NCBI GenBank assembly: GCA_001798165.1
Contig: MGRL01000004.1
Coordinates: 1,922 to 59,325 of the forward strand
Length of the DNA: 57,404 nt
From: Deltaproteobacteria bacterium RIFCSPHIGHO2_02_FULL_43_33
GTDB taxonomy: Bacteria > Desulfobacterota > GWC2-55-46 > UBA9637
Reading direction: 5' to 3'
The notes below the pieces were generated by a model. It was not told the origin of the DNA. It saw nothing but the letters and a program-made list of their open reading frames with translations, and searched no databases. The position numbers and the translations under genes were made by a program. The stretch's first letter is position 1, and the number at the start of each line of letters is the position of its first letter. Positions 54,303 to 57,404 of the stretch are shown piece by piece.

Positions 54303-54779
54303 ATGAAGATTTTAGAATTGGAAAAACTGGCAAAAAGGATTGAAGAGTTGAAATCTAAAGGCAAGAAGATTGTCTTGTGCCATGGTTGCTTTGATTTGAT
54401 GCACCCGGGGCATATCAAATATTTTCAGGCATCAAAAAAGATGGGAGATATATTGGTAGTCACCGTAAGCCCTGATATCTACGTGGATAAGGGAGACGGC
54501 CGCCCTGTTTACAATCAAACACTGAGGGCCGAATCTATCGCTGCTCTGGAGTGCGTTGATTATGTGGCAATTAACAAATGGCCTACGGCGGTTGAAACTT
54601 TACGGCTGTTGAGGCCCAATATCTATGTGAAAGGACAGGAATTTGAAAATAAGACGGATAAGACCGGCAAACTCCAGCAAGAGCAGGCGGCTTTAGTTGA
54701 AATCGGCGCAGAGATGCGCTATACTCACGAAATAGTTTTTTCATCAACAAAGCTGTTGAATCAATATTTTAAAACATAA
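54303..54779 (+). CDS. stand-alone cytidylyltransferase-fold enzyme, RfaE/HldE domain II-like (heptose-1-phosphate adenylyltransferase candidate)
   Basis: VLCHGCFDLMHPGHIKYF (intact HxGH), GRPVYNQTLRAE, VDYVAI, IYVKGQEF. Confidence 0.7.
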   Translation: MKILELEKLAKRIEELKSKGKKIVLCHGCFDLMHPGHIKYFQASKKMGDILVVTVSPDIYVDKGDGRPVYNQTLRAESIAALECVDYVAINKWPTAVETLRLLRPNIYVKGQEFENKTDKTGKLQQEQAALVEIGAEMRYTHEIVFSSTKLLNQYFKT

Positions 54780-54794
54780 GAAAAGGTTGAAGAT

Positions 54795-55142
54795 ATGAGA
54801 CGATTTGCCGAATGGAATGCAATGAACGGAAGAGAAAAAAGCATCTTGGTGCGATGTTTAAATGCGGTTAAGAAAGTTGACCCTGAAGCTGATATAATTC
54901 TTTACGGATCGAGGGCGCGTGGCGAGGCGGGTAGCGAATCTGATTATGATCTTCTTGTTTTGGTCAATGATTTTGCGAGTCTTGAAAAAGAAGATCTTTT
55001 TCGCCGTCAGTTATTCCCAATAGAGATTGAAACAGGGTGTGTTTTTACTGTTATTCTTTACAGCCGTTATGATTGGGAGACGCCACTTTATAGGGCAATG
55101 CCGTTTCACCAAAATATCGAAAAGGATGGTGTTATTTTATAG
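54795..55142 (+). CDS. minimal nucleotidyltransferase (MNT) antitoxin-like protein
   Basis: ILYGSRARGEAGSESDYDLLVLV. Confidence 0.8.
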   Translation: MRRFAEWNAMNGREKSILVRCLNAVKKVDPEADIILYGSRARGEAGSESDYDLLVLVNDFASLEKEDLFRRQLFPIEIETGCVFTVILYSRYDWETPLYRAMPFHQNIEKDGVIL

Positions 55143-55174
55143 GGATAGAAATTAGAACTTTAGTTTTTTATCGG

Positions 55175-55543
55175 TTGCAACGCGCTCATGAATCGTTGGA
55201 AGAGGCTGTCATCCTTTTGAAACAAGGATACACAAATACCTTTGTCAACAGGCTTTATTATGCCTGTTTCTATGTCGTTTCCGCCCTGTTGCTTACCAAA
55301 GGCCTTTCTGCTGCAAAGCACAGTGGGGTAAGGGCGCTTTTTCATCAGGATTTTGTTAAACCCGGCACAGTAGATATGGAATTAGGGCGGTTCTACGACA
55401 AGGTGTTTGATAACCGCCAAAAAGGCGATTATGCAGATTTGGTTAGATTTGATCAAAGCGAGGTGTCTCCATGGTTTGAAGAGGCCGCAAGATTTGTTGA
55501 TAGTGTGGAAAAGTTGGTCAGGAAAGAATTATCAGAAGAATGA
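55175..55543 (+). CDS. HEPN domain protein
   Basis: RLYYACFYVVSALLL...KHSGVRALF...NRQKGDYAD. The frame is open back to the MNT stop, so the true (possibly non-ATG) start may lie upstream of TTG 55175. Confidence 0.7.
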   Translation: MQRAHESLEEAVILLKQGYTNTFVNRLYYACFYVVSALLLTKGLSAAKHSGVRALFHQDFVKPGTVDMELGRFYDKVFDNRQKGDYADLVRFDQSEVSPWFEEAARFVDSVEKLVRKELSEE

Positions 55544-55567
55544 TATCTTTTAAAGGAAGAGGCATCT

Positions 55568-57097
55568 ATGGAAACTGCTATTATAAATAAAATATTAACA
55601 TTGGACGAGGTGGTTGACAAAGTAAAGGCCTTGAAGCAGGCTGGACAAGTTATTGTGCAGAGTCACGGAGTCTTTGACCTTATCCATCCCGGCATAATAA
55701 AACATCTTAATCATGCCAAGAAACTGGGAGATGTCTTAATAGTATCGGTCATTAAAGACAAGGATGTGCATCGGGGGCCTGGCAGACCGATTTTCCCTGA
55801 GGCATTCAGGGCGGAAAATGTGGCATCTCTTGAACAGGTTGATTATGTTTGTCTTGTGGACAATGAGATGCCGTTTGAATGTATTAAGATGACACAGCCC
55901 GATATCTTTGCAAAGGGGCAGGCCGCTCACGAAAAAGACAGAAAGATACATGAAAGGTTGTTTAAGGAAGAAAAGAAATTTTATTCCGATAAATGCCGTA
56001 TCATTGAAACTGAGGGCTTTTCCTTCAGTTCATCTCATATTATCAATAATTTTTTGGATATATACCCTGAAGAGACCAAGAATTTTTTAAGCGATTTTAA
56101 GAAAAAATATAATTTTTCAGATATTGCAGACAAGATCAATGCCTTAAAAGATTTAAAGGTACTGGTTATCGGAGACGGAATTATTGATGAGTATCATTAC
56201 TGCGATTCTTTGGGAAAATCTTCCAAGGCAAATCTTGTGGTCAGCAAATATCTGTCTCATGAGGTCTTCGCAGGCGGGACTTTTGCGGTTGCCAATCACC
56301 TTGCCGGATTGTGTGATACGGTTCAGATGGTGTCGCTTTTGGGCAGGGAAGATTCACGGGAAGATTTCATAGCAAAAAATCTCAAGCCGAATGTCAAGGC
56401 AAAATTTTTCTACCGGGATGATGGGCCTTCCGTTATAAAAAAAAGATATATCCATGAGTATTTAAATCAAAAATTGTTTGAGGTCTGCTATCTCAACGAT
56501 GATTTCATTGGTAAAGAATGTGAGGCAGAAGTTATTGATTATCTTGTATCGGAAATTCCTAAATATGATATGGTTATGGTTTCCAATTTCGGACACGGTT
56601 TTATTACCAAAGATATAATAGAGGCAATTAAGGCGCATGCAAAAATATTTGCAGTTAATGCCCAAACTAACGCTGCCAATGTGGGTTATAATTTAATAAC
56701 AAGATACAATGATCCTAATTATGTTTGTCTTGATGAAAGCGAGTTGAGATTGTCGGCGCAGGAAAAACATGCGGATATTGAGCAGGTTACAAAAAAGATT
56801 GCGAATGACGTTAAGGCGGATTGCCTCATTGTAACCCTTGGAAAGAAAGGGTCGTTCGGCGTGAACCACAACAGCGTCAACAGAACTCCCATCTTTTCTC
56901 ATAAAGTGGTTGATACAGTCGGCGCAGGCGACGCTTTTTTTGCATATACTGCCCCATGTTATGCCAAAGGCATGCCGCTGGATATGCTCTCTTTTGTAGG
57001 CAATGCCGTAGGGGCTATAGCCGTTCAGATTGTCTGTAATAAAAAATCGGTTGAAAAGTTTGAATTGTTGGAATTTATAAATACCATCCTAAAGTAA
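55568..57097 (+). CDS. fusion of a cytidylyltransferase-like domain (degenerate HxGH) with a PfkB-family sugar kinase; HldE-like, with domain order reversed relative to E. coli HldE
   Basis: N-terminal domain SHGVFDLIHPGIIKHL (HPGI instead of HxGH). Kinase part VLVIGDGIIDEY and DTVGAGDAFFAY. Confidence 0.7.
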   Translation: METAIINKILTLDEVVDKVKALKQAGQVIVQSHGVFDLIHPGIIKHLNHAKKLGDVLIVSVIKDKDVHRGPGRPIFPEAFRAENVASLEQVDYVCLVDNEMPFECIKMTQPDIFAKGQAAHEKDRKIHERLFKEEKKFYSDKCRIIETEGFSFSSSHIINNFLDIYPEETKNFLSDFKKKYNFSDIADKINALKDLKVLVIGDGIIDEYHYCDSLGKSSKANLVVSKYLSHEVFAGGTFAVANHLAGLCDTVQMVSLLGREDSREDFIAKNLKPNVKAKFFYRDDGPSVIKKRYIHEYLNQKLFEVCYLNDDFIGKECEAEVIDYLVSEIPKYDMVMVSNFGHGFITKDIIEAIKAHAKIFAVNAQTNAANVGYNLITRYNDPNYVCLDESELRLSAQEKHADIEQVTKKIANDVKADCLIVTLGKKGSFGVNHNSVNRTPIFSHKVVDTVGAGDAFFAYTAPCYAKGMPLDMLSFVGNAVGAIAVQIVCNKKSVEKFELLEFINTILK

Positions 57098-57144
57098 ATT
57101 TCTAATTTCTAAATCCTAATTTCTAATAAAATGTCAAATGTCAA
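57098..57144 (+). repeat. heptamer arrays ATTTCTA ATTTCTA AATCCTA ATTTCTA (57098-57125) and ATGTCAA x2 (57131-57144)
   Basis: Direct reading. The second array includes the start codon of the next gene. Confidence 0.8.
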
Positions 57145-57404
57145 AAAATATGATTTGGAAGATAGAACAGCGAAGTTTGGTGAAAACATTATTGAATTTG
57201 CAAAAGAGATACCCAAAACCACAATAACAATTCCTTTAATAAGTCAATTGGTTAAAGCCGGCACAAGTGTTGGCGCAAATTATTGCGAAGCAGATTGTGC
57301 CGAATCAAAAAAAGATTTTGAGCATAAATTAAGTATTTGCAAAAAAGAATCTAAGGAATCTATTGACATTTGCATAAGCAATAGGAATAAGCTAAACTGG
57401 TTCC
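57131..57404 (+). CDS. four-helix-bundle protein (family formerly called 23S rRNA intervening-sequence protein), partial at the window end
   Basis: My translation: MSNVKKYDLEDRTAKFGENIIEFAKEIPKTTITIPLISQLVKAGTSVGANYCEADCAESKKDFEHKLSICKKESKES. The segments AGTSVGANY.EA and F.HKL.I..KE.KE are family signatures. There is no stop in the window. Confidence 0.6.
   Translation, partial: MSNVKKYDLEDRTAKFGENIIEFAKEIPKTTITIPLISQLVKAGTSVGANYCEADCAESKKDFEHKLSICKKESKESIDICISNRNKLNWF

Overview
57.4 kb from an A+T-rich diderm bacterium (LptE, MurJ and a complete Tol-Pal cluster are present). The lineage cannot be assigned from the sequence alone. Positions 1-28.9 kb are mostly core genes: toxin-antitoxin pairs, lpdA, lysC-cimA, comEA, leuS-lptE-holA, rpsT, murJ, mazG, mobAB, tolQRAB-pal-cpoB, a response-regulator diguanylate cyclase, an OmpA-like lipoprotein, a DUF362 Fe-S protein and a DegT aminotransferase. 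Positions 29-57 kb are visibly more A+T-rich and form a glycan island. It holds gmhA, a B12-radical SAM enzyme, five tandem YfhO-like GT-C membrane proteins (two with carbohydrate-binding inserts), two paralogous periplasmic proteins and rearranged HldE-like heptose-activation genes. These are interleaved with small selfish-looking genes: HEPN/MNT, GxxExxY, a four-helix-bundle gene and an IS scar. The most notable observations are: (1) Two paralogous AAA-ATPase/PD-(D/E)XK genes are each flanked by a diverged partial duplicate of the adjacent gene end, an integration-like footprint without an integrase. (2) The five-paralogue GT-C array has no classical GT, Wzx or Wzy partner in the window. (3) A dense family of heptamer/octamer tandem arrays plus CCCCCG..CGGGGG hairpins is translated in frame, giving lipoprotein signal peptides, LeuRS loops and the CimA tail and stop codon. 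(4) A ~185-nt rod-like structured repeat occurs in two inverted copies. All identities and GC statements are by-eye estimates, and no database search was possible.
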